From a virus (lineage: Duplodnaviria; Caudoviricetes), in the IMG/VR virus record IMGVR_UViG_3300030090_003512, positions 1 through 55,451 of that record: 55,451 nucleotides of DNA; one strand, 5' to 3'. The position numbers were made by a program, and so were the translations under genes. This document shows, piece after piece, positions 8,359-19,400 of this stretch. The stretch's first letter is position 1. Every line of letters starts with the position of its first letter. The notes under the pieces were generated by a model. The model had not been told where the DNA came from and did not search any database. It saw only the letters and a list, made by a program, of their open reading frames with translations.

Positions 8359-11300
8359 TCTACTGTGTTTATATCCAACTCTATCAGCACGTTGTTAAAC
8401 GTTGCTTCAGAGTTTAAAGCGATGTAATATAGTAAGAAATTGTTATACCTTTTGAAGTCATCAGGATTCATCTCACCTTCCTTACCTCTGATAACAGCCG
8501 CTATTTCTTTTGGGGAGCGTCTAGATATTCTGCGCACCTCTGCAGAATATTTCTTGTACTCTTGAGGGAACATCATCTCCGTTACCTTGTCTCCTACAGC
8601 TCCCTTTAACGCTGACTTAAATTTAGCCTGGCTTAACCCTCTAGCTAAAGTCACTGGATCTTCTTCAGCTTGCTTCTGTAGTATGCTAAGCAACCTTCCT
8701 GGTCCTGCACTTTCTGCACCCTCAATGGTAGCTTTGATTTCAGGATCGTTACCTATCGCAATCAATATGGTTTCAAATGCTGCAAGCTGTTCTTCTGAAG
8801 AAAGCGCCCTGTCTTTTGGCATATCATCTAATGCTTTAGCTACGTAGTCAAGCTCCTTAACTCCTACACCTGCCAGGTTAGCAAAAGATAAAAGCGTTCT
8901 TAATGTGTTACTCAACATAAAGTCTGCTCGATCTTCTGGTCTAATAAACCTTTCACGCCCTGATCCTGTGGTATATGAAGTACCACCGTTAAGTGTGGGC
9001 TCAAGCATCTTTTCTAAGTCCATTGCAAACTTACCACCAGGTCCAAGCACACTAAGCGCTGTTAGTATAGCGTTTTGTACTGGCCCTTTTTTGTCTGTTA
9101 CTCCTGATCCGTAAGTTGTTACAGCATCACCGTATTGTTTAAACAATTCAAAAGCATCTTTATCTTCAAGCCCTGGAGCATCATAGTCCGAAGCGTTAAA
9201 GAATAAGTAGTAGTTAAAAAAGTCTTTTACTTTGTTATCAATAGCAGGTGTAGACGGAAGTGGAATTGCGTCTAATACTGTTTGTACAGCAGACTCCCTT
9301 ATTGTTTTAGTATCTGTAAGTATTTCATCTAAGTTCGATTCATCGTCGTCATCTCCGAAGCCTTTAACAAACTCAGATATTAGTGCGGTCATAACTCTTG
9401 AAATGTAAGCAAACACAAACAAAGAAGCTGTTGTTCCTGCTAATCCTCTCAACCCATCTTTTCTAGCTTGAGCATTAGAAGGATCAATAATACGACCAAC
9501 ATCACCAGTAATCGATCTCTTTGTATTGATAGCAAAGCTTTGGAATGGGAGCATAGTCTGCACTAAAAATCTTACAAACGCACTTTTATTTTTATAAACA
9601 TTCGCAGCAAGTCTAGAGCTAGAGACGTTTTGGTCTTTGCTAACTATGTTTTCTGCATAAGCTATAGCCTCCATGTTTGGATTAGCAGCCTCTTGCTCCC
9701 AATTGATTTCTGAGATATCATTAACTACACCCTCAGATAATAAGAAGTCTGCATAGAAAGCATAGAAAGAACTTATAGCAGCTACTTTGTCTGTCGTTGT
9801 TAGCGTCCACATAGACTTGTCTTGCAGCCAGTCACGAGTTTTATCAAGTCGACTCTTATCAAATTCTACCCTACCTGTAAACGGATCTATGTTACCAGCC
9901 TTGTAGTCTCTTAAGAATAAAGTGGTGTGACGCAATAGCTCATATCTTCCGTCGTTAATTTTTACTTTAGGATCGCTAAGAACTTTGAGTTTCCCATCTC
10001 TATCCTTACCTACAAAAGTCAGAGCCAGCATCTCCCCAAAAGTTCTTATAAGGTATGCTTTACCTTGTAGTGTTTTAGTGTTTGCAAAAGCAGATAGCAT
10101 AACAGTAGACTGTTTAAAGAACTGTACAAACACACCACCAAAAGCATTTATTACAGCAGCAACCCTAAACATCTCAAATGGGTTACGTATCGTCTTTCCT
10201 GCTACCTTTATATTTTTTTGGAATATAAACGGAACTTCTGTAGCGTCAGCAACAAGGTAGTTGTCTATCATCTCTGACAGCTTAGCCTTTATGCTTTTAG
10301 GCATAAGGCCTTGCATAGCTTCAGTTTGGAAAGCATACTTCATAGCAAGAACATCCTCAAGCGACATCATAATAAACGAGTTCTGCCTTAGCGTTGATTC
10401 GTTTATCTTCAAGAAGTTTAGTCCTAAAATAGAATCACCACCGACAGCTCTTGCTTCCCTTTCAAATGTAGCGCCAGGAGTCTTTGTGTAATTGCTGTTG
10501 CCTGCACTACTCAGAGCACTTATCAGTTGTCTACGTATCTCCATAACAGAATCTAACTGATCATCAAAGCCTTTTTTCCTAACCTTAAACGGCGTGTAGT
10601 TTTCTAATACCTCTAAAGTTTTTCCTAGATATCTTTCTGTAAAGTTTTCAAAATCTGGGCGCATAGACTCATGCATCTGAGATAAAAACTCTACGATTTC
10701 TACGATGTCTGTTCTTTCGTTTCTAACTTTATCTAACAGCTCTTGCAGGTTATTAGTCTGCCCAAACAAATATTCACGGGCGTCTTTAAACTCTTGTATA
10801 GTTTCTGGATCGTATATATCTGACTGCTCTACCTCGTACTCTTGAATCGTAGAGTCCATAGCGTCACGTAGATTCATAAACCACTCTGCTTCAGATAGAG
10901 CCTCTGGCTTTTGATTAGCCATAGAAAATATCTGTGCTATAGCATTGGATAGATCTGATGTTATTTCCCCACCTTTTTCTGTTATTTCATCGATCTTGTT
11001 TTGTAGGGCAGTGACTCTTTCCATATGAGCCTGCTCATGAAGGTTTACGCTAGACATAACATCTTGGAAGCCTATAGCTACTAATATCTTAGCTACGTCA
11101 ACGTTACTTACTTTAAATACGTTACGTATAAATGAAGGAACGTTATCGGCAAAGCTTCCGTAAGATTTGTTTTTAGATCTAACACCTTTTGCTACAAGAG
11201 CTTTGATATCACTAGCTAAAGATATCTTACCCCTTACTATAGACGCTAAGTATCCAAGACCTACAGTAGAAGAGTTTACTAAGTAGTCATTGATCTTGTA

Positions 11301-14300
11301 CTCCAAAGCAGCTAGATGTCTCATATCGAGCTGCATAAGTCTAGCCTTAAGTTCTGGCACAGAAACGTTTTCTATACTAAACAAACCTAGTATTGTTCTA
11401 AACGACTTGTCCCGCAGCAACTCCTCAAGGTTAGCTATAACTCTTGGTATGATGGCGTCAGATAAAATAAGTTCTTTTTTATCTTCTGCTAACTCAGCGC
11501 TATCCTTAGCTAACTCATCAAGTATAATCTCTAGATCTTCCACGTTGTTTACATCAAGGCCTAGCTTCTTTGCTGTATCCTCAATCTTCTTACGTGTAGG
11601 GCTTAGTCTACTTCTCTGATATTTCTCCAGTAGAGCTGTATATTCTTCTGCAAACGTCGTTGACTTCCCAGCTTTTTTTGCTGCTTCAACAGCTTTTGTT
11701 GCCCTAGCTCTAAAGTTTGCATCCCTCTCTGTTTCTTCTATAGCTTTAAAGTTTGTAGCTATAGCCATCAGAGATTTTACTTCTTTAAGGTTAGACTCTG
11801 TTACAACAAGATTACCCTCTTCGTCTTTGCTAAACCTAGCCCTCTTCATACTGTTGTTGATGTCGTTAACAAAGTCAGAGAACGACTGCATCTGATCAAC
11901 AGGTATAAGCGAAGCATCTATTCCAGCTACAATTCTTGCAAGAGATCTGTATGCCCCAAAATCTTTTTGTCTAGACTTTCTAAGCAAAGTCTTTTGCAAC
12001 TTACGCATACTCTTAACAAGGTTAAGGTGATCGTCCATCGCTTTCCTTGCATCTTGCTTATCGAATATAGTAGCTAGTTTATCGAGGAATGAGTCTATAA
12101 TATCGAGATCGCTTTCCGATAGTTTTTTAGCTGAAGTTCGTGCCATCTGCCCAGCTATAGCGAAGAAGCTCTTTAGCTGTGTAGCACTAAACTTGTTAGA
12201 CGTCTTCCTATCTTTCATACGCTCTTTGATAAGAGCTTGCGCTTTCTTAAAAAATTCTTGCAAACTCTTAGACTTGTCCTTAAGTTCTTGCAATTTCTTA
12301 CGTAGATTTTTAGCCTCTGTAGATAGTTTACCTTGTCTACGTTTAGCCTGTGCAGCTATCTTAGCTGATTCTTTTCTAGCAGCTCTTCTCCCCCTAGCAA
12401 ACTGAACAGCATTTTTATATGTCTTTTCTGCTTGCTCTTTCTTCATACCGCTATCCTGAAGAACTTTAATTATCTCATCCTTCTTCATCTTAAACAAGTT
12501 GACTTGCTTAGATGGTTTAAGAACAAGCTTTTTGTTCTTACCCTTGCCCTCCATAACCAAGGTAAATCCATTCTCTGTAAGCATATCAGCTACAGTTTCT
12601 ACAATCTTCTGTGCGCTTTTACCCTCCTCTGCTGTGTTGTCATTTGATTCAGACTCATTTAAAGACTCTACCTCAGAAGCTATTGCTGGATCAGGTGTCG
12701 GCTCTGCTTGAGCTTCCTCAGCCTCATCATCAGTGGTTACTGTTGGTACATCTTTAAGACCTTCTGTAGCATCAGCTAGCGATTGCATACCTGCAAGACC
12801 AAAGCCACCTTCTATAGTGTTAGTAACAAACTTGATAGCATCAACTACGTTCTTCAACGTAGGGTTTTTAAATTCTGTACCAAACAACTTGGCTACATAA
12901 TTTTTTAGTGACGAGATAAGACCTTGCTTATACTCCGCTGACAAATCACCGTTAGTAATGTCAGCGAGTATTTCCATAACAAGTTCCTGAGCAGCTTGTG
13001 GGTTTTGCTCTACGATTTGTGACAACAACTTTCTAGCAAGCGCATCTGTTACAGCTACCTCTGCTAAAGCTTGTTGCTCTTTAGTAAGATACTCACTAAC
13101 AAAAGCTAAATATCTTTTAGCATTAGGTAAAGCCATAGCAAACTGGCGTGCAAGCTTACGCAACGCTGTTCCTGCACCTTGCTTCTCATCGATCTGCATA
13201 GCAGCAGAGTGGAAAGCTTCGTGGTATGGCGTGTTTGCTTTTAAAGCAGGTAAGAAAAGGTGGACTTGATTGCCGTCTTTTATATGAATACCTCTTGATA
13301 CATCTGCCCCTGTAGCTTTTTCAAAAGCTTTAGCTGTACCATGAATGAAGACCTTACCTCCCTGACCTACAACAGTCTGTATTATTTTCTTTACGTTTTG
13401 TAATCCACGTATAATTTCTTCACGACTAGAAAACTTAGTAGATATAATTTTACCAGCGTTGATAATTCTATCTATAACGCTGTTGGCATTTTCACCAGTA
13501 AGCTCTACTGAATTACCTCTGCTTACTCTTCCGTAATCTGTTATATCTGGATCTACTCTACCTACCTCATCTATAACAGCTTGAGTTTCAGGATCTTCTA
13601 AGTTTTGCTCTAGGAAAGATTGATTCTGTGAGTACTTACCCTCTATATTAAACTTAGCTTCAAAAGCTTGTTTTGTATCTGCTTGTAAAGCTGAAAGCTC
13701 TGCTTCGTACACAGCAACAGCATCCTCGTTACCTTGCTTTCTTGCGTCCTCTAAATTTTTTCTAGTATCAAAAGCTTTCCTTCTATTTTTTCTGATACGA
13801 GTATTTAACCCACTTATCTGTGTAAGATCCTCATCAGTAATATTTGCTAAAAAAGCCATGTCTCTAGCCGAAACCCTCCACATTTGATCTTGCGTCTCAA
13901 GCATCTCTTGCTTTATCTGAGCTTTCTTTTCAGAGTTTGTTTCTTTGGCTAATCTTTTTTGTAGAGCTTCATATTTACTTTCTAAAGCTAGTTGATCTTT
14001 AAAATTAAACTTCGAAGCTATATAAGAGGGTGCTCTTACAATACCCATTTGTATACCTCCTGCTGCAGTACCTATAGCAAAAGCATCAAGGGTTTCAATA
14101 TAGTTATACTTTATATTGGTTTTCTCTATTTCTTTACCCGCTATCTGTGATCTTAAATTAGACGCTACGTCATCAGCTATATCTTCTGTATTTAACCTCG
14201 TTTGTAAACTTGAAATTTCCCTATCTAAAGCTGTACGTTCAGCATAATTAGTAAGGTGCTGACTTGCAAAAGAAACTAACCCCTCCTCTATACCTTCTTC

Positions 14301-16391
14301 AAAAAACTTAAACACTCTATTGCCCGTAGTTTTTTTCCAACCTGTCTGTATGCTTCCTAACAACCCCCTCCTCGCTGTCGTCTGCGCTGTTTCTTGAGCA
14401 ATATCTTTTACCCCTATACCAAACATTCTACGTATAGCATTGGCAGAGATAACCTCTTGCTTCATAAATATTTTTTCTGACACATACTCAAACCCACCCA
14501 TCAGAGAAGAGTATAAAATCTTTTCTGCCATAGTTAAATTTGGATTGTCTTTCATATCGCTATACGCACTTCCTGTAGTACTTCCAGCAAAACCAACTAA
14601 CGCTACCTCTGGAGCACCTGCAAGCGTCATAACTATTGTTCCAGCAATTTGAGGTACAGCAGCTGCAACGCCATCTAAAAATAATGTAGCGGCTGCACTT
14701 TCATTACGATAAGGTCCAATTTCAAGGTTTCCAAAAATACCTCTTTCTATTTCTTCAAGACTTAAACCTTCTCTTAGTTTTTTGTTTTGATCCATAGCTG
14801 CAGCTAACTCATTCCAAGTAAACATGCCAGGCTCAAACTCCCTTCCGTATATGTCTTTATACCCTCCTTCTGCTAGCACAACCCCACCGCCAATTCTTTT
14901 TCGCAGAAGCACACTTTCAGAAGTTGAGTCAGTAAGCCCTATCATATTAGCCAAATCGATAAACCCATAAAGAATCATACCCCCAGTCGCATATGTGTTT
15001 TTCCAATATGTTTCGTCATCTAACTTCCTCCCAAAGTATTCAGCACTTTCTCTATATCTATTTATTGCAGTATCGCCATTCATAAACACCTCGTCCATAG
15101 ACATTTGCATAACCACATCAAAAATATCGTAAGCTCTTCTCTCTATTCCTAACACTTCATTTGCTTCGTTATATAGCGATATAACAGTAGCCTCTTTTTC
15201 TGCTTCCCTTCTTAACACATCATCTTGTTGAGCTCTAGTTGTAGCTCCAGAAAATTCATCTACAAAAATTGCTATGTGACTTTTAAGCTTACGCTTGTTA
15301 TCCAAAGCTTCTATAACCTCAGATCTAGCTGTGTAATAACCAGCCACTTTATTGTACTCCTCTGTTGTTAACTCTTTTCCAAAAGCACTATAGTACTCAG
15401 ATGCCTTTTCAAAAGTATTTATTTTTTCTGGCATCCTTCCCTGAGCTATACTTAACTCATCTTCATTTGTAGGTATGTAAGAAGTGTTAAATTGATCTAA
15501 GTGTGGCTCATAAAAAAAACTTGCTCCCTCTTCAGTATCTATTGTAGGGACCTCATTCAAAGCATCAACAGTATATGTGCCTATATCAAACGTAGAAGAA
15601 ACAATAGCTGTCTTCCTCATCTCTACATTTAACGTAGAGTTAGGATCTTCTATAAGCAACCCACTATTTTTTATAATAGCTTCAAAGCTATCTGCCGTTG
15701 TACCTGTGTTGATTATATAAGCGTTAGCTCTAAATGTATCATAAATTTCACTACTAAAGCTAGCAATATCACCAGGTCCTACGGGAGTGCCTAACTCTAT
15801 ACCTCTGCTTGTTAACCATTTTTTTGCTAAGTGATAGTTTTCGTAGTCTACATTATTTAAGTCTCCCTCTGTGGCAACAAAACCTTCACCAACGGATTCA
15901 GCAGAAAACTGTTCGGCAATGTCCAACCTAGACTGCTCATGGAATCTATCCTTTTCTTCTGGCCTTAAGCCCCCTGTTCCAGTAAGGTTATTACCGTCTA
16001 TGGGATCTGTTCTACTCCCGAATATACCCTCAAAGAAATCACCCTGTAGTGTCTCTTGTTGTGACGCCAATCGTGACAGTTCGTTCTCCCTTTCTATAGG
16101 TGGCACAGTAGTGTCCGTTGGAACATCTAAACCTCCACCTTCTACACCATATCCTAATAGAGTAGAGTACTCTTCCGATAGCGCTGAATCTTTTTTTTTT
16201 GGGGCTACGCCAGCTAAGAAAATAAAATCTCTTTCGTTACCCTCAAAGCCAGCTTGTCTAACTAGATTGAACGTGCTGTCAAAATATGTCTGCTGTTGCA
16301 TCATATCAAACAGTTGCTCTTGAGTACCTACGTATCCAGCGTCCCTTACAATATTAAATATATTGTTTTGATATTCTGTAAATCCGTTCAT
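8355..16391 (-). CDS. Giant internal virion/ejection protein (2678 aa) with a zincin-like HExxH domain
   Basis: Largely helical; last of three genes after the nozzle; PYHEAFH at 13209..13223. Confidence 0.75.
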   Translation of the reverse strand: MNGFTEYQNNIFNIVRDAGYVGTQEQLFDMMQQQTYFDSTFNLVRQAGFEGNERDFIFLAGVAPKKKDSALSEEYSTLLGYGVEGGGLDVPTDTTVPPIERENELSRLASQQETLQGDFFEGIFGSRTDPIDGNNLTGTGGLRPEEKDRFHEQSRLDIAEQFSAESVGEGFVATEGDLNNVDYENYHLAKKWLTSRGIELGTPVGPGDIASFSSEIYDTFRANAYIINTGTTADSFEAIIKNSGLLIEDPNSTLNVEMRKTAIVSSTFDIGTYTVDALNEVPTIDTEEGASFFYEPHLDQFNTSYIPTNEDELSIAQGRMPEKINTFEKASEYYSAFGKELTTEEYNKVAGYYTARSEVIEALDNKRKLKSHIAIFVDEFSGATTRAQQDDVLRREAEKEATVISLYNEANEVLGIERRAYDIFDVVMQMSMDEVFMNGDTAINRYRESAEYFGRKLDDETYWKNTYATGGMILYGFIDLANMIGLTDSTSESVLLRKRIGGGVVLAEGGYKDIYGREFEPGMFTWNELAAAMDQNKKLREGLSLEEIERGIFGNLEIGPYRNESAAATLFLDGVAAAVPQIAGTIVMTLAGAPEVALVGFAGSTTGSAYSDMKDNPNLTMAEKILYSSLMGGFEYVSEKIFMKQEVISANAIRRMFGIGVKDIAQETAQTTARRGLLGSIQTGWKKTTGNRVFKFFEEGIEEGLVSFASQHLTNYAERTALDREISSLQTRLNTEDIADDVASNLRSQIAGKEIEKTNIKYNYIETLDAFAIGTAAGGIQMGIVRAPSYIASKFNFKDQLALESKYEALQKRLAKETNSEKKAQIKQEMLETQDQMWRVSARDMAFLANITDEDLTQISGLNTRIRKNRRKAFDTRKNLEDARKQGNEDAVAVYEAELSALQADTKQAFEAKFNIEGKYSQNQSFLEQNLEDPETQAVIDEVGRVDPDITDYGRVSRGNSVELTGENANSVIDRIINAGKIISTKFSSREEIIRGLQNVKKIIQTVVGQGGKVFIHGTAKAFEKATGADVSRGIHIKDGNQVHLFLPALKANTPYHEAFHSAAMQIDEKQGAGTALRKLARQFAMALPNAKRYLAFVSEYLTKEQQALAEVAVTDALARKLLSQIVEQNPQAAQELVMEILADITNGDLSAEYKQGLISSLKNYVAKLFGTEFKNPTLKNVVDAIKFVTNTIEGGFGLAGMQSLADATEGLKDVPTVTTDDEAEEAQAEPTPDPAIASEVESLNESESNDNTAEEGKSAQKIVETVADMLTENGFTLVMEGKGKNKKLVLKPSKQVNLFKMKKDEIIKVLQDSGMKKEQAEKTYKNAVQFARGRRAARKESAKIAAQAKRRQGKLSTEAKNLRKKLQELKDKSKSLQEFFKKAQALIKERMKDRKTSNKFSATQLKSFFAIAGQMARTSAKKLSESDLDIIDSFLDKLATIFDKQDARKAMDDHLNLVKSMRKLQKTLLRKSRQKDFGAYRSLARIVAGIDASLIPVDQMQSFSDFVNDINNSMKRARFSKDEEGNLVVTESNLKEVKSLMAIATNFKAIEETERDANFRARATKAVEAAKKAGKSTTFAEEYTALLEKYQRSRLSPTRKKIEDTAKKLGLDVNNVEDLEIILDELAKDSAELAEDKKELILSDAIIPRVIANLEELLRDKSFRTILGLFSIENVSVPELKARLMQLDMRHLAALEYKINDYLVNSSTVGLGYLASIVRGKISLASDIKALVAKGVRSKNKSYGSFADNVPSFIRNVFKVSNVDVAKILVAIGFQDVMSSVNLHEQAHMERVTALQNKIDEITEKGGEITSDLSNAIAQIFSMANQKPEALSEAEWFMNLRDAMDSTIQEYEVEQSDIYDPETIQEFKDAREYLFGQTNNLQELLDKVRNERTDIVEIVEFLSQMHESMRPDFENFTERYLGKTLEVLENYTPFKVRKKGFDDQLDSVMEIRRQLISALSSAGNSNYTKTPGATFEREARAVGGDSILGLNFLKINESTLRQNSFIMMSLEDVLAMKYAFQTEAMQGLMPKSIKAKLSEMIDNYLVADATEVPFIFQKNIKVAGKTIRNPFEMFRVAAVINAFGGVFVQFFKQSTVMLSAFANTKTLQGKAYLIRTFGEMLALTFVGKDRDGKLKVLSDPKVKINDGRYELLRHTTLFLRDYKAGNIDPFTGRVEFDKSRLDKTRDWLQDKSMWTLTTTDKVAAISSFYAFYADFLLSEGVVNDISEINWEQEAANPNMEAIAYAENIVSKDQNVSSSRLAANVYKNKSAFVRFLVQTMLPFQSFAINTKRSITGDVGRIIDPSNAQARKDGLRGLAGTTASLFVFAYISRVMTALISEFVKGFGDDDDESNLDEILTDTKTIRESAVQTVLDAIPLPSTPAIDNKVKDFFNYYLFFNASDYDAPGLEDKDAFELFKQYGDAVTTYGSGVTDKKGPVQNAILTALSVLGPGGKFAMDLEKMLEPTLNGGTSYTTGSGRERFIRPEDRADFMLSNTLRTLLSFANLAGVGVKELDYVAKALDDMPKDRALSSEEQLAAFETILIAIGNDPEIKATIEGAESAGPGRLLSILQKQAEEDPVTLARGLSQAKFKSALKGAVGDKVTEMMFPQEYKKYSAEVRRISRRSPKEIAAVIRGKEGEMNPDDFKRYNNFLLYYIALNSEATFNNVLIELDINTVE

Positions 16392-16401
16392 GCTTATTTA
16401 A

Positions 16402-19400
16402 TTATCTAGTTGACTCGTCTAGTATTTCTGTTTCCCCACCTCTTGCTACAATTAAAGTACTTATCGCCTCTGCCTCTGCTGGGTTAAGCAAAGGAACAGA
16501 CACTCTTCTTATAGACTCTACTCCACCATTCCTAACTTTTGGTTTTGCCCCGTTATCCTTAGTTCCCTTTGTTCCATCTGGCAAATCTTCATAACCTATA
16601 ACTGTTTGTTCTATTATAGGGTATGTTGAAATTTTTACTCGGTCGCCTTGATTACCGCCAATTACCATAACCATATCATTTCCATCTGCATCTTGAGTAA
16701 ATCCAGCGAATAAACCAACGTGCTGTTGATAGCTCCAGCTTTTTCTTGTAATTTCAGTTGCACCATTATCTTCTGTTCCTGGAGTTCCGTCTGGTAAATC
16801 TTCATAACCTATAACCTCTGTCTTGCTAACCCACTTACCTTTTACAACAATATCTCCTACTCTTGCATCACTTAATTGTTCCTGCTGAACATTGCTGCCA
16901 AGCACCATTCCTACATTATTAAAAACATTTGTGCCTAGTTGAGTATAGTTTCTAGCTCTGATCGCACCCCAACCTTCAGGAACTTCTTCTTCTGCACCAG
17001 CTTCAATTAACAAATCTGCAATAAAAGCAGCACACCATGGCGGCACAGGATCATCATATTGAGCTTTAGATTTTTTCACTGCCTTTCCCCACCAACTTTT
17101 AAAGTCTGGATCGCTTTCAATTTGCCCAGATGTGCTCAAACTGCTTCTAAACATTTCTTTTATTGTAGCTACTATATCATCTTCAATAGAACCAAAATCA
17201 ATAATGTTTGACAGCAAACTCATAGCTTGATCTTCTTTAGAATCATTGAAGTCTACAAAATCACTTAATGGAGCTCCTCTATTAATTAGAGTAGATGTGT
17301 TTGGTATTGTAGCTCCTGCTTCTGCTGTTGTTATTCCATACTTGTTTATGTCAAGAGCTTGCGCAGCTTCGTAGTGTTTTGTCCCTTCCCCTGGCATACC
17401 AAATCTTAAAATCATATTAGCTAAATCAAACTCATAAGTATCTGAGCCTTCAACTAAAAGTTCTGCATTAGCATATGGCTCTTGATTTTTTTCGTCAGGA
17501 TTAAATGGGTTTGGTACAAGCCCTTGTAAATAGCCCCCCATAAACTCAGCAATTTTTTCATCAGACGCTGTTAACCCATCTGCAACTCGTGCTTTTTCCT
17601 CTTCAATACGCTTTGCTTCAGCTTCAATTTCAAATTTGTTTTGCTCAAGTTCTCTAGCAACTTTCTCTGCTAAAGCCTCTTCAGTTTCTCGCTCAAACTC
17701 ATCAATAACTTCCTGGCCTCCTAGCTGCTTTGTCATTTTAGCTATGTCCTTTTCGTCTCTTTTCTTACGCCTTTTTTCTCTTCTTTTTTCTTTTTTTGTA
17801 GGCTCGTTATAAGAAACTATTTGAGCAAAAAGGCTTGGAGTTTCAACACCAGTATCTATAGGACCAGCTTCCTTACCTGGTAGTTTTTCCATAGTTCCTT
17901 CCTTCGATTGTGCAAGGTCAGTTAGCTCCACAAATGTATTATTTACAGGATCATACCTTAAGTTTGGATTTACAGCAAATTCTAAAACTTCTGAGTCTTC
18001 TTCCTCTACTGGAACCATTTTCTGTAAAACGGGATCATACTTCATCTTCTGATCACCGTTTTCTTTCTGATCACCGTTTTCTTTCTGATCACCGTTTTCT
18101 TTCTGATCACCGTTTGTTTCGTCGTCACCATTGGTACCTCCAGGAACTACTCCCCCTTGATCCATTTGAATTTTTCCCCCTTGAGCATTATTGTTTTGAT
18201 TTCCTCCTCCAGCTCCTTGGTTTAAGTTATTTACGTTTGAATTTGCTTGACCTTGAGCTTGAGCTTGAATAGACGATCCAAGTTGACTCATAGCTTGAGC
18301 TAGTAAAGTGTTGTACGTAGAAGCTTTACCCGTTCTTTCTTGCCCCTCTAGCTGCTGCTGTATGTTAGTAAAGGCAGCGCTATCTGTTGCAGAGTTTACG
18401 TATATATCAGCTTCTTCTGTAAGAAGCGCTAATAAATCCGTTTGACTTTGGCTACGGTTTTGCATACCCTGTAATCTATCTATAAGCTCTTGATCTTTAG
18501 CAATCTTATAACCTATTACTTCTCCTGTCTGTAAGTTTATAATAGCTTTTTCTACATCTATCTGAACGTTACTTACTGTTACTTTTTTAAAGTTACCACC
18601 GTTAGCTATACTACCTACACTCATGTTTGAATATGCATTAGCTAAAGTAGGATCTGCAGCTGGTTGATCATCAGCATATGCTGTAAATATTGTTCTAGTA
18701 AGACCAGTAGGACCTGTCGTTACTCCCGATAGCATTTCTGCTACAGCATCTTCATCCACCTGCGGGAACTGACCACGTATAGTATTATAGTATTCTCTTG
18801 CGTGAATAGTCTGTCCATTTCTAAAGTTCTTTATGTGATCCATGGTTATACCTGAAGGAGAACTTGGCTGTCCACTTGCAGGATCAATAAACTGCATTTC
18901 ACCACTTTTAATACCTGTTTCTATGTCCTCTATGCTTATAGCATATATAGGAGTTCCGTCAGTTTCAAAGCCTGTAACTTTAGATATAGAAACACTATCT
19001 TGGTTTCGTAAATTAAACAGCTCTGGGTGCATTGTGTTGTTTATAGATTCTAAATCCCCAGACTGCAAGTCTCTATTGCCAGCATACATAAACTTATACC
19101 CCTCCATAGCAGCGGCGTTCCACATAGTACGGTTGTTGCTAGCAAATACATTGTACTGATCTGCTACGTCTGCAGAAAAACCCTCTTCGTCAAAACCAAT
19201 AACAACAGGTTGGCTAATGCCTTGTATAACTTGCGTTTCTTGATACCCTCCTTGCGAGGCGCTCAAGCCTTTTTTAGTAGCAAACTGCGAGTTAAAAACT
19301 TCTTTACCTACTGCGCTACCTAAAAACTTATAATCACCTACTATAGATCCTGTTTCGTAAAACAGATTGTCTGCATTCGATGCGGTAACACCAGAGTTAA

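Noticed and set aside
16191-16200. T10 homopolymer as a phase-variation or frameshift site
   Set aside because: Encodes in-frame PKKK in a presumably essential gene; no useful alternative frame evident
8355-16391. Virion RNA polymerase as in crAss-like or N4 phages
   Set aside because: No DxDxD-type catalytic motif seen; host-type promoters precede the early genes
18047-18115. CRISPR array
   Set aside because: Direct tandem repeats without spacers, in frame within a CDS
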